This document shows positions 10,536-20,040 of a stretch of 64,000 nucleotides of DNA, one piece after another; positions within the stretch are counted from its first letter, which is position 1, and the number at the start of each line of letters is the position of its first letter. A program made the translations under genes and the position numbers. The notes beneath the pieces are model-generated. The model did no database searches. It worked only from the letters and a program-made list of their open reading frames with translations, and was not told the origin of the DNA. Source of the DNA: an uncultured delta proteobacterium (GTDB lineage: Bacteria > Myxococcota > Myxococcia > Myxococcales > Anaeromyxobacteraceae); contig CAWHDZ010000008.1 in the NCBI GenBank assembly GCA_963828255.1, positions 118,203-182,202 of the forward strand, given 5' to 3'.

Positions 10536-10834
10536 CCTTCCTTCCTCCCGGCCAGTGCCCTGGAAAAAGGAGCAGGCCCCGACCGGAGGAATCCTCCAGA
10601 TAGCGGCCCGGCTATCTGCTTCGCCTCCTCAGGCTCACGGCGAGCCCTCGGACCCTTGCCAAGAAGACAACATCGCACCGCACCGATCAAGGGCCGCGCG
10701 CTGATTTCGGGCCACGAGGGCGGCGGCGGGCGAGTTCCTGCCGCGATGCGTCGCGACTTCGGGGGCGCTGGGCGGATAGCATCGTGCCTTGGCTCGCGGG
10801 ATCCCCCGAAACGGACGCCGGTGAAGGAGGGGAC

Positions 10835-11428
10835 GTGATCTCTCGCCTCCTCGAGGGCAACAAGCAGTTCGTCGAGACCCTCTTCGTCACGGAGAAGGCC
10901 TACTACTCGGAGCTGGCCCGCGAGCAGAGGCCGACCGTGCTCTGGATCGGCTGCTCCGATTCGCGACTATCCGTGAACGTCATCACCGGGACCCGTCCCG
11001 GCGAGGTCTTCGTCCACCGGAACGTGGGCAATGTCGTGGCCGAGAACGACTGGAACCTGTCCGCGGTCCTCGAGTTCTCCATCAACCACCTCCACATCCC
11101 CGACGTCGTGATCTGCGGTCACTATGGTTGCGGAGGGATCGCGGCGCTCGAAACGGAGGACTCGGAGGATCGGTACATCCCGATCTGGCTCAACAACGCC
11201 TCCAAGGCGAGGGACCGCGTGGACGACCGGCTCCGCTCCCAGCGCGTGGAGGTGTCGCCCGAGCAGCGCCACCGGGCCATCGTGGAGGAGAACGTCCGCC
11301 TGCAGCTCGAGCATCTTCACCGGTACCCTTTCGTCCGGCGGGCCACGCGGGAGGGGAGGCTCCGGACCCACGGATGGGTTTACGACATGGGCGACGGACG
11401 GATCCGGACGGTCGAACCGACCGGGTGA
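10835..11428 (+). CDS. can: Beta-class carbonic anhydrase
   Basis: AGGAGG RBS before GTG; WIGCSDSR, FVHRNVGN, CGHYGCGG, HGWVYD. Confidence 0.95.
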   Translation: MISRLLEGNKQFVETLFVTEKAYYSELAREQRPTVLWIGCSDSRLSVNVITGTRPGEVFVHRNVGNVVAENDWNLSAVLEFSINHLHIPDVVICGHYGCGGIAALETEDSEDRYIPIWLNNASKARDRVDDRLRSQRVEVSPEQRHRAIVEENVRLQLEHLHRYPFVRRATREGRLRTHGWVYDMGDGRIRTVEPTG

Positions 11429-11481
11429 GCACGCGGTACGACCGTCCGATGCCAGGCCCCCGGCCTCCGGGGGTCACCGGA

Positions 11482-11612
11482 GCCTTCGGGGGCGGCCCTG
11501 GCGATCAGGACCGGGATCGTCTATTTTGCCGCCGTGCGCGTCTTCCTGGTCTACGTGAGGGATGAGGACTACTTCCACCTGCTGCCTCCGGCGGCGGGTG
11601 ACGACGCTCCCG
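11482..11612 (+). repeat. Copy 2 of the 131-bp direct repeat (intact 5' end of the radical SAM gene)
   Basis: Matches 9920-10050. Confidence 0.9.
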
Positions 11613-13060
11613 ATGCACGCTTGCGGGCGATGGCCTTCCCCCCGCTGGGCATCCAGACGCTCGCCCCCATCCTGCGCCGGGCCGGCCACACCGTCCGGAT
11701 GTTCGACACCTGCCACCCGCGCATGCGGGCCGACGGGGTCGCCGAGGCGGCCCGGCAGGACGCCCCCGACGTCATCGCCCTCTCCTTTCTCTCGGTGACC
11801 GCCTACCCGGGTCTGAAGAACTTCGCCCGCAAGGTGAAGGTGGCGAACCCTGGCATCCCCATCATCGTGGGCGGCGCCTTCGCCTCCATCAACGCGAGCA
11901 AGATCCTGGCCGACTGTCCCTTCATCGACCACGTCGGCGTGGGCGAGGGCGAGGACCTGCTCGTCGACTACCTCGACAACCTCCACGGCGGCCTGGGCAA
12001 CGTGGCGGGGCTGGTCTGGCGGGACGGCGGCGAGATCGTGAAGAACGTCCCGCGCCCGCTGCTCCGGGACCTGGACAAGTACCCGTACCCGGATCGCACC
12101 TCGCTCCCCATCGACTACATCGAGTCGCTGCCGCTCGACGTCCCGGCGGTGCTCTCGCTCGACAAGTTCTGCACCATCCAGACCTCGCGGGGCTGCCCCT
12201 ACACCTGCATCTACTGCGACATCCCCTCGCTCGGCGAGGGCAAGTGGCGCAGCCGCTCCGCCGAGCACGTGCTGGGCGAGATGCAGGAGCTCTCCGACCA
12301 GGGCTACCGCTCCATCTACCTCACCGACGACCACTTCCTGCTCAAGCGCAAGCGCATCGCCGACATCTGCAACGGCATCATCGACCGCAAGCTCAAGTTC
12401 CACTGGGGGTGCGAGGGGCGGGTGGACTCGATGGGCATCGAGGCGCTCCCGCTCATGGGGAAGGCCCACTGCGACATGCTGGCCTACGGCATCGAGGCCG
12501 GCACGCAGAAGATGCTCGACCGGCTGGGCAAGAAGCAGCAGCTCGAGCAGATCGAGCTCGCGGTGGGCGAGGCCAAGAAGCACGGCATCGCCCGGGTGCA
12601 CGGCTTCTTCGTCATCGGCGGGCCGGGCGAGACCGCCGAGGACATCCGCGAGACCTTCCGCTTCGCGGCCCGGCTGCCCATCGACACCTTCGGCTTCAAC
12701 CGGCTGGCCGTCTACCGGGGAACGCCGCTCTGGAACGAGTACGCCAGCCGAGGCATCGTCGACGACGACCGGGACTGGGACAAGACCTTCAAGTGCTGCG
12801 ACATCGACCCGGACACGGTCCCCAACGACGAGGTCAACGCGCTGCGGATGAAGGGCTACGTGTCGCTGCTGCTGACCCGCATCGTGAAGAGTCCGGTGCG
12901 GACCTGGGGGCTCTTCCGCACCTTCAACCGGCACATGCCGGCCCGCGACCTCTTCCGGCTCATCAGCGGCCCGTTCCGCAAGAAGCCGGGTCCCGCGCCT
13001 GCCCTGCCGGCGCCGATGGTGGACGCCGGGATCAAGGTCCCCGTCCGGCTGGCGAGCTGA
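11534..13060 (+). CDS. B12-binding radical SAM protein
   Basis: N-terminal cobalamin-binding domain (PPLGIQTLA...IIVGG); TSRGCPYTCIYC; GIEAG. Confidence 0.92.
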   Translation: MRVFLVYVRDEDYFHLLPPAAGDDAPDARLRAMAFPPLGIQTLAPILRRAGHTVRMFDTCHPRMRADGVAEAARQDAPDVIALSFLSVTAYPGLKNFARKVKVANPGIPIIVGGAFASINASKILADCPFIDHVGVGEGEDLLVDYLDNLHGGLGNVAGLVWRDGGEIVKNVPRPLLRDLDKYPYPDRTSLPIDYIESLPLDVPAVLSLDKFCTIQTSRGCPYTCIYCDIPSLGEGKWRSRSAEHVLGEMQELSDQGYRSIYLTDDHFLLKRKRIADICNGIIDRKLKFHWGCEGRVDSMGIEALPLMGKAHCDMLAYGIEAGTQKMLDRLGKKQQLEQIELAVGEAKKHGIARVHGFFVIGGPGETAEDIRETFRFAARLPIDTFGFNRLAVYRGTPLWNEYASRGIVDDDRDWDKTFKCCDIDPDTVPNDEVNALRMKGYVSLLLTRIVKSPVRTWGLFRTFNRHMPARDLFRLISGPFRKKPGPAPALPAPMVDAGIKVPVRLAS

Positions 13061-13078
13061 ACCCGCCGGCCGCGCCGC

Positions 13079-13879
13079 CTACCCGACCAGGTCCTCGGTT
13101 CCGTCCACGCCGAGCACGTTGCCGGTGAGCCAGGTGGTGTCGGGCCGGGACAGCGCCACGATCACCGCCGCCACGTCGGCCGGGGTGGTGAGCCGCTTGG
13201 CCGGGTGGATGGCCAGGCAGTGCTCGATCATCAAGGCGTTGCCGGGAATCTTGCGGAGCGCCGGCGTGTCGGTGACCCCGGCCCGCACCGCGTTCACCCC
13301 GATCTTGCGCGGCACGAGCTCCACGGCGAGCTGCCGGCAGTGGCTCTCGAGCGCCGACTTGGCGGCGGACACGGCGCCGTAGGACGGCCAGATGCGGTGG
13401 CCGCCGGCGCTGGTCATGGCGTAGACGTGGGACCCCGGCCCCATGAGGCCGGCCTGGAGCACGTCCTGGGTCCAGTAGACGAGGCTGTGGGCCATCACGT
13501 CGAGCGTCATGTCCATCTGCGTGCGGGTGATGGAGTCGGCCGCGGTGTCGGCGACGAAGGGCTTCAGCGTGCCGAAGGCGAGCGAGTGGACGAGGACGTC
13601 CACGCCGGCCGGGCTTCCCTCCCCGGCCAGGACGCGGTTCATCTCGGCGACCACCTCGGCGCGCTTCTCGGCGTCGGCGGCGTTGACGTTGAAGAAGACC
13701 GCCTTGCCTCCCGCCGCGGCGATCTCCGACTGGATGCGGTCCACGTTGGCGAGGGTGGCACGGCGGTCGAGGTGCACGCCGAAGACGTTGCGGCCGGCAC
13801 GGGCGAGCGCCAGCGAGATGGCCTCGCCGAATCCGGACGACGCTCCGAGGACGAGGGCCCATTTCCGCGTGTTTGGCAT
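13079..13879 (-). CDS. SDR oxidoreductase, FabL/FabI-like enoyl-ACP reductase
   Basis: LGASSGFG; YGAVSAAKSALE; NAVRAGVTDTPAL. Confidence 0.85.
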   Translation of the reverse strand: MPNTRKWALVLGASSGFGEAISLALARAGRNVFGVHLDRRATLANVDRIQSEIAAAGGKAVFFNVNAADAEKRAEVVAEMNRVLAGEGSPAGVDVLVHSLAFGTLKPFVADTAADSITRTQMDMTLDVMAHSLVYWTQDVLQAGLMGPGSHVYAMTSAGGHRIWPSYGAVSAAKSALESHCRQLAVELVPRKIGVNAVRAGVTDTPALRKIPGNALMIEHCLAIHPAKRLTTPADVAAVIVALSRPDTTWLTGNVLGVDGTEDLVG

Positions 13880-14099
13880 CGGCAGAAGATGGTCGAGCGG
13901 GCCGCTCCGGTCAAGCCGGTACACGGGGTCCTGGTCCCCCGGGCGTCGAACCTCTGGATGACGTCCCTGCGCCAGACGGCGACGCGCATCAGCCACGGGA
14001 GCGGGGTTCGCTCGTGGCTTCGCTGGATCCACTTGCTGGGCATCGCTCTTCGTTCCCTCCGGACGGTCCGGCAGGCGGTGGTAATGTACGAACCCGCCC

Positions 14100-15443
14100 A
14101 TGACCGACGACCGCTCCCTCGCCGCCGCCACCGCCACCGCCATCCTGGGTGTGGACACGCTCTGGGGCGGCGACGTCCTCGATCCCTCGGGCGCAGGGCG
14201 CTTCATCGCCGACTCCTGGTTCTCCGACGAGCCGCTCCCGGTCGCCTACACCCACCCGGCGGCGGCGTGGCTGCGGAAGTCGGGCGGCGTGGCCACGAAG
14301 GAGGCCGACCCCGGCGCGGTGGACGCCTACCTCGCGGCGGTGGACGTGCCGGGCGCGGTGCGCGACCTGGCGGCCCGGAGCCGGGAGATGGGCGGGCTGC
14401 GCGGCGCCTACCTCGAGGGCGTGGCGGACAGCCTCTCGGTGATGTGGGACCTGGCCCAGGAGCTGCTCGGGCGGGGGCCGGCGGTGCCCTATGAACGCTG
14501 CGTGAAATCCTCCTGCGGCGCGCCCCCCACTCCGTCCCGTCCGGAGGAGAAGCGGCGGCGCGTCGCCGAGCTGCTGGCCCGGGCCGGCCACCCCTCCCGC
14601 ACGCCGGGGGAGCTCCTCTCCGCCGTGGAGGCCTGGCGCGCCGGACGGCTCGTTCCGCGCCACTCCATCCGGCAGCTCTCCGACGCCTTCGTGGCCTGGC
14701 TCGAGGAGGGGACGCGAAGGCACGTGGTGCCGCACCTGCCCGCCTCCCTCCACGGCGTCCCGCGCGCCAACGTGCGCTTCCTGCCCCTGGCGGACGCCGT
14801 GTTCTCCGGATCCATGAACTACGTGGGGCGGGCCCGGGACGCGGACGGCGCGCCGCTCTACGAGGCCACCTACGAGCTCAACGCCTCGCTCCAGATCTCG
14901 GTGCCGGAGTTCGCCGACCTGGTGGCCCACGAGGTGGTGCCGGGGCACGCCACCACCTTCGCGCTGGCGCAGGGGCTCCACGTGCAGGGGAAGCTCGGCT
15001 TCGAGGGAACCGTGCTCACCATGAACACGCGGGGGGCCACGCTCTTCGAGGGGATCGCCAACAACGCCATCCTCATGGCCTTCGGCGTGAACGAGGTCGA
15101 GGATCTCCCCGACGAGGACCTCCAGCTGGGAACCCTCCTCTTCCTCCTGCAGGACGACGCCAAGAACCAGTCTTCCTGGCTCACCTGGGGCGAGGGGCGG
15201 CCGCAAGCGGAGGTCGCCGCCACGCTGCGGGCCGACTACCTGGTCTCGGCGGAGCGGGCCGACAAGCTCTCCGGCGCCTGGGGACGCCACCCGCTCCTGG
15301 GCCGCATGTACCTGCCCGCCTACCGCGCGGGGACCGAGAAGGTGGCGGCGCTCCGCCGCGCCCACCCGCCCGGGCGGATCATCCCGGCCCTCTTCGGCGT
15401 GAACGGGCTCGTGGACGTGGTCACCATCGACCAGGTGCTCTGA
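14100..15443 (+). CDS. Hypothetical protein with a DUF885-like metallopeptidase motif
   Basis: AHEVVPGH followed by FEG; strong coding bias. Confidence 0.6.
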   Translation: MTDDRSLAAATATAILGVDTLWGGDVLDPSGAGRFIADSWFSDEPLPVAYTHPAAAWLRKSGGVATKEADPGAVDAYLAAVDVPGAVRDLAARSREMGGLRGAYLEGVADSLSVMWDLAQELLGRGPAVPYERCVKSSCGAPPTPSRPEEKRRRVAELLARAGHPSRTPGELLSAVEAWRAGRLVPRHSIRQLSDAFVAWLEEGTRRHVVPHLPASLHGVPRANVRFLPLADAVFSGSMNYVGRARDADGAPLYEATYELNASLQISVPEFADLVAHEVVPGHATTFALAQGLHVQGKLGFEGTVLTMNTRGATLFEGIANNAILMAFGVNEVEDLPDEDLQLGTLLFLLQDDAKNQSSWLTWGEGRPQAEVAATLRADYLVSAERADKLSGAWGRHPLLGRMYLPAYRAGTEKVAALRRAHPPGRIIPALFGVNGLVDVVTIDQVL

Positions 15444-15521
15444 GGCCGCTTCGGGTGACACAAGCATTCGGGACTTTGCGACGTCGCTCCCCGGGCCAAG
15501 ACTGTTGACCGGGGGGGAGCC

Positions 15522-15977
15522 ATGTCCGGGTATCGTCGGATCTGCTGTCCGGTCGATTTCTCCGACCCGTCGCGCCTCGCCCTGGAGGAAGCCGCCCGGC
15601 TGGCCCGCCGCGAGGGCGCCTCGCTGACCGTCCTCCACGTGCCCGAGGCCCCCAGGCCGGCTCTCGCGATCCCCTACGCGCCGCCCCCTGTGTGGCAGGA
15701 CGAGGGCGCTCCCCCCGAACTCGAGGCGTGGCGGGCGGAGGCCGAGAGCCTCCGGGGCGGGACCGTGGACTCCGTCCTGCTCGGCCAGCCCGTGGCTCCG
15801 GCCATCGCCGGGTTTGCCCGGGCGACCGGCGTGGACCTGATCGTCGTCGGGAGCCACGGGAGGACCGGGCTGGCCCGGCTCGTGGTGGGCTCGGTGGCGG
15901 AGGCGGTCGTGCGGAGCGCGCCGTGTTCCGTGCTGGTGGTCCGGTCGCCGGAAGGCGTGCCCCCTGCGGCGGGTTAA
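15522..15977 (+). CDS. Universal stress protein (UspA family)
   Basis: RICCPVDFS; DLIVVGSHGRTGL..LVVGSVAEAVVRSAPCSVLVV. Confidence 0.93.
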   Translation: MSGYRRICCPVDFSDPSRLALEEAARLARREGASLTVLHVPEAPRPALAIPYAPPPVWQDEGAPPELEAWRAEAESLRGGTVDSVLLGQPVAPAIAGFARATGVDLIVVGSHGRTGLARLVVGSVAEAVVRSAPCSVLVVRSPEGVPPAAG

Positions 15978-15987
15978 GATTCTCGCC

Positions 15988-17178
15988 ATGGCGACACCAT
16001 TCGCGGACCGAGGCTCCCTTCGGCTGGTCAAGGGCTCCCTGCTGGCGGCGTTCCTCGCATCCGCCTGCTCCTCCTCCACCGGAACCAGCTACCTGGCGCA
16101 GTCCATCGCGGTGGCCGACCTGGACGGCGACGGCCGGCCCGACATCCTCTCCGCCATGGCCGCGGCCCCACCGCCGGGGTTCCTGAGCGCCCGCATCCAG
16201 GCGCCGGGGACACCGGGCACCTTCGCGAATCCGGTGCGGAGCCCGACCGGTGGCGATCCCGTGGCCATCGCCGTGGGGGACCTGGATGGCGACGGACTCC
16301 CCGACGTCGCCGTCGCCGATGCCGCCCCGGCGGCGGACGGCAGTCACGCATTGGATGTCCAGTTCCGGGTCGCGGGGACGCCGGGGGCCTTCTCCGCGCC
16401 GGTCGCGCTCCCCCTCGGAACGCTCACGCCGCGCGACCTCGCGCTCGCCGACCTGGACGCCGACGGCAGGCTCGACATCGCGGTGGCCGCGGCCGGTTCG
16501 AACGACGTCCAGGTGCTCTTCCAGCAGGCGCCGGGGACCTTCGCCGCTCCCGTCGGGTTCCCCGTCGGAGGAGGGCCCACCGCCGTCGCGGGCGCAGCGC
16601 TCGCCGGCACGGGTGGCACGGACCTCGTCGTCGTCACCGCCAGCGGGAAGCTCTCGGTCCTCGTCCGCGGGCCGACCCCGGGGACGTTCCTCCCCGCCGT
16701 GAGCTATGCGGCCGGGACGAGCCCGGCGGCCGTCCAGGTCGCCGACATGAACGGGGACCTCTTGCCGGACGTGGTCGTCGCCGGCTACGACGGGACGCTG
16801 CTGCTCTTCCTGCAGGCCCCGGCCGGCGAGGGCACCCTCCTGCCGCCGGTGGTGCACGACACCCTCGACTACGGCTCCTGCTCGATCGCCATCGGCGACA
16901 TCGACGGCGACGGCCGGCCCGACGTGGTGGTGGCGAACGCGGGCCCTCCGGGCTACCCGGGATCGGTTTCCGTGTTCATGCAGGATCACGGCGTTCCGGG
17001 GCAACTCGGACCGCCGGTGCGGTACCCGGGCTACTGGGGGCCGCTCTCGGTGGCGCTCGGCGACCTCGACGGCGACGGACTGCTCGACATGGCCGTGGCC
17101 GACGGGACCCCATACGTCCGCTTCCAGAGCACGGTGACGCCGGGGCTGTTCCTGCCCCCCACCTGGCTCAAGTTCTGA
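15988..17178 (+). CDS. FG-GAP/VCBS repeat lipoprotein
   Basis: Lipobox LASAC; six repeats of the form (A/G)D(L/I/M)xxDGxxD. Confidence 0.88.
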   Translation: MATPFADRGSLRLVKGSLLAAFLASACSSSTGTSYLAQSIAVADLDGDGRPDILSAMAAAPPPGFLSARIQAPGTPGTFANPVRSPTGGDPVAIAVGDLDGDGLPDVAVADAAPAADGSHALDVQFRVAGTPGAFSAPVALPLGTLTPRDLALADLDADGRLDIAVAAAGSNDVQVLFQQAPGTFAAPVGFPVGGGPTAVAGAALAGTGGTDLVVVTASGKLSVLVRGPTPGTFLPAVSYAAGTSPAAVQVADMNGDLLPDVVVAGYDGTLLLFLQAPAGEGTLLPPVVHDTLDYGSCSIAIGDIDGDGRPDVVVANAGPPGYPGSVSVFMQDHGVPGQLGPPVRYPGYWGPLSVALGDLDGDGLLDMAVADGTPYVRFQSTVTPGLFLPPTWLKF

Positions 17179-17220
17179 GCCGAACTGGCCCGGGAAGGCC
17201 GGTCGTTGTAATCAGTCCTC

Positions 17221-17739
17221 GTGCGCCAGACCATTCCCCTCCGGGAGCGTCCCGTAGACTGGATCCTGCTCGGGTTCTTCGTGGTGAACCTCGGCTTCAT
17301 CACCTACATCGTCGATCTCGAGCAGCTGGTGATCGCCGACGTCACGCGGTTCGAGTACCCGTTCTGGCCGCCGCGCGCGCTCGTGGACCTCGTCCACTGG
17401 TGGGGAAACAACTTCGATCCGCTCCAGAACGCCAGGCCGGCCTGGTGGCGCGCCACCATCTGGCTCGACGTCCTGCTGTTCGGGCCGTTCTACGTCGCGG
17501 CCATCTGGGCCATCGTCAAGGGGCGGGAGTGGATCCGCGTCCCGGCCATCTTCTGGTCCGGCGTGATGTTCGCCAACGTCTCCATCATCATGTTCGAGGA
17601 GTACTTCGGGCCCCACGCCACGCCGGCCCGCGGAATCGTGACCGTGGCCAACCTCCCGTGGTGGCTCCTGCCGCTCTTCGTGACCTGGAGGTTCGGGCGC
17701 AGCGAGCACCCGTTCAGCCGGGATGTGCCGACGCCCTGA
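17221..17739 (+). CDS. EXPERA / emopamil-binding-like membrane protein
   Basis: About four TM helices; D(L)E...DPL...P.W...W.D...GPFY...AN.PW pattern. Confidence 0.7.
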   Translation: MRQTIPLRERPVDWILLGFFVVNLGFITYIVDLEQLVIADVTRFEYPFWPPRALVDLVHWWGNNFDPLQNARPAWWRATIWLDVLLFGPFYVAAIWAIVKGREWIRVPAIFWSGVMFANVSIIMFEEYFGPHATPARGIVTVANLPWWLLPLFVTWRFGRSEHPFSRDVPTP

Positions 17740-17990
17740 CGACGGGCGACTCCACCGTGAAGGTGGATCCCTTGCCGACCTCGCTCTCCACGGTCAGCGT
17801 CCCGCCGTGGGTCGTCACGATGGTGTGGCACGACCTCCAGGCGCGCCATCTCCGGTCCAGCCGGTCCGATCCGGATCGTGATCGCTTCGGTCGTCCCGGG
17901 CGTCGTCGCCTTCGCTGCGTTGGTGAAGAGGTTCACCACCACCTGCTCGATCTGGCCGAAGGTCGCCACGACGCCCGACCGACGAGCCCG
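17737..17990 (-). pseudogene. Histidine kinase HATPase fragment
   Basis: GQIEQVVVNLFTNAAKA and, in another frame, HGGTLTVESEVGKGSTFTVE. Confidence 0.7.
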
Positions 17991-18045
17991 CTTCCTCCGG
18001 CTAGCCATGCGTGCGCTGGGCTCCGGGGTGACAGTGAGGGTGAAG

Positions 18046-18380
18046 GCTCGCGGTGAAGGGAAGGCCGTCGAGAAGGTTCTGGCGCTCACGGGTGGGAAGG
18101 GGGTGGACGTTGCCATCGAGGCGGTCGGAATCCTGGCGACGTTCGACGTGTGCCTGGACATCGTCGCGGCGGGGGGACACGTCGCCAACGTGGGCGTGCA
18201 TGGCAAGCCCGTTTCCCTCAAGCTGGAGAAGCTCTGGATCCACAACGTCACGATCACGACGGGGCTCGTCGACACCAGCACGACGCCGATGCTGCTCAAG
18301 ACCGTGGTGGCGGGTCGTCTCCAGCCGACGCGGACGCAGCGAAGGAGAAGGCGCTCAAGGTCATCATCCGGCGGGGGTGA
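18046..18380 (+). pseudogene. Zinc-dependent alcohol dehydrogenase C-terminal fragment
   Basis: LTGGKGVDVAIEAVG...GGHVANVGVHGKPV...TTGLVDT, then after a deletion AAKEKALKVII; no N-terminus. Confidence 0.75.
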
Positions 18381-18570
18381 CGTGGCGCGTTCCAACCGGG
18401 GACGAGGACGTAGGCGACGAGGTCCGGGTGCTGCCGGAGCGCGACGATGGCCTTCCGGGTGTCCCCGGTCCAGGTGCTCCCAGGTGTGGAGGGCGTCGAC
18501 GAAGACCACGTCCACGCCGTCCGCGAAAACCCGGGGCGCATCCGTCTCGAAGAAGGCGTCGCTGGTACGA
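18380..18570 (-). pseudogene. Possible class I SAM methyltransferase fragment
   Basis: DAFFE...VDVVFVDALHTWEH resembles a methyltransferase DxxFIDxxH motif; fragment only. Confidence 0.35.
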
Positions 18571-18695
18571 TCGAAGTACAGGACGCCGGGCTTTAGATAC
18601 GCACTGCCGTTCCCCCAGTATAGGCGGCTCTGTCCGGGGTGGCCCGCGTTGCGACGTGGTACACAGCCTTCTCGATCTCCTCAAAGGATTCCGCC

Positions 18696-19283
18696 ATGAA
18701 GCGTCTCGTCGCCGCAGCCGCTGCCCTCGCCACGCTCGCCACCACCGGGTGCGCCGGGATCACCGTCACCCAGCTCTGGCGGGATCCGGACTTCGCCTCC
18801 CGGCCGGGTACGCGCGTCTTCATCCTCGCCGCCATGGACAACAGCGCCAACCCCGCCCAGTTCGAGAATGCGATGGCCCAGGCGCTCCGGGCCAGGGGGT
18901 TCCAGGCAACGACGAACCTGGGCAACTTCCCCCCTGGCCGGATCAATCGGATGGCGATCCGGCAATACGTCGCCGAGAACCAGGTCGACCTGATCCTCAT
19001 GACGCGGCTCACCACCGAGCCCGCCACCCCGGTGGTCGTGACCAAGACGGCGGTTGTTTCCTCGGGCTGGCCCGGCAACTTCTCGAGCGTGGCGGGTTCC
19101 CAGACCATGGTCATCCAGGGCACCAACGTGAACGCCCGGGTCGAGGCCTTCGACGCCCGCACCGAACCCAACGCGCTCGTCTGGAGCGGCCAGTCGAACA
19201 CCGTCGACGTGCAGACCGCGCCGCAGTCGCTGGCGACAACGGTGGCGGCGGATCTCGTCGCGGCCCGGATCCTGGTCCGGTAG
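18696..19283 (+). CDS. Hypothetical lipoprotein
   Basis: Lipobox TTGC; WRDPDF...FENAMA...LVWSGQS. Confidence 0.75.
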   Translation: MKRLVAAAAALATLATTGCAGITVTQLWRDPDFASRPGTRVFILAAMDNSANPAQFENAMAQALRARGFQATTNLGNFPPGRINRMAIRQYVAENQVDLILMTRLTTEPATPVVVTKTAVVSSGWPGNFSSVAGSQTMVIQGTNVNARVEAFDARTEPNALVWSGQSNTVDVQTAPQSLATTVAADLVAARILVR

Positions 19284-19284
19284 C

Positions 19285-19470
19285 CGCCGCCAACCTCGGC
19301 CGCATCTTCGAGCCCTTCTTCACGACACGCAGAGGGGGCGAGGGCACGGGAACAGGCCTTGGCCTCGCGGTCTGCCAAGCCATCGTGGCCGCCCACGGCG
19401 GTGCGCTCACGGTCCAGGGCCAACTCGGCAAGGGTTCCACGTTTCGCATGGAACTACCGTCGGCACCGTT
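19285..19470 (+). pseudogene. Histidine kinase HATPase C-terminal fragment
   Basis: RIFEPFFTTR..GTGLGLAVCQAIVAAHGG..GKGSTFRMELP with no upstream gene body. Confidence 0.8.
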
Positions 19471-19489
19471 TCGGGGCCCCGCCGAAAGA

Positions 19490-19524
19490 CAAGAGGCCCA
19501 CCAGGATTTGCGTCCTGATGGGCC
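19490..19524 (-). terminator. Hairpin terminator downstream of the tRNA-Phe 3' end (distal copy)
   Basis: Minus strand GGCCCATCAGGAC-GCAA-ATCCTGGTGGGCC then TCTTGTCTTT; near-identical copy at about 27998-28032. Confidence 0.65.
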
Positions 19525-19542
19525 GGTGTCGGCGCGAGTTGA

Positions 19543-19589
19543 AGAAGTGCCTGGACCCGGAATCGAACCAGGGACACGGGGATTTTCAG
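19543..19589 (-). repeat. att copy 1 (3' part of tRNA-Phe), outer end of island A
   Basis: AGAAGTGCCTGGACCCGGAATCGAACCAGGGACACGGGGATTTTCAG, identical to 28051-28097 and 50744-50790. Confidence 0.96.
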
Positions 19590-19656
19590 GCCTGGTACGG
19601 GAGTGGCCAAGGCCCCGGGATCCGCTGGAGAAACGGAGGAGGCGGGAGGGGGCTGA

Positions 19657-19673
19657 AGCACATTTGTGTCAGC
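19657..19673 (+). repeat. Putative arm-type site of integrase A
   Basis: AGCACATTTGTGTCAGC; second copy AGCACATTTGTATCAGC at 27902-27918. Confidence 0.7.
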
Positions 19674-19773
19674 CGGACGCGGGGAGCGAGGGGCAGCTGG
19701 ACTTCGGGTTCGAGGACGACCGATGAGCCTCCGGGGTGACGAGAACTTCCGGTGGCACTATGCTTCCCCTGTC

Positions 19774-20040
19774 ATGAGCAGCACGGCCCGAAAGGATCTC
19801 CACGCGCTGGTGGACGCGCTTCCCGCAAGCGAGGAGCAGGCGGCGCGGCGCTACCTGGAATACCTGCGGGATGCGAGCGATCCGTACGCCAGCCTCGACA
19901 GGGTCGACCCGTTCGTGGACATGCCCGACGACGAGCGTGCCAGGCTCCACGCCTCGCTCCAGCGGGCTGAGGAGGAGATCGCCTCCGGCGATTCGACCTC
20001 GGCCGAGGATCTCGTTCGCGAGCTCCGAGCGGCGCGGTGA
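19774..20040 (+). CDS. Putative antitoxin (partner of the ParE/RelE toxin)
   Basis: 88 aa, acidic, GTGA overlap with the toxin; LHALVDALP...AEEEIASG. Confidence 0.7.
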   Translation: MSSTARKDLHALVDALPASEEQAARRYLEYLRDASDPYASLDRVDPFVDMPDDERARLHASLQRAEEEIASGDSTSAEDLVRELRAAR

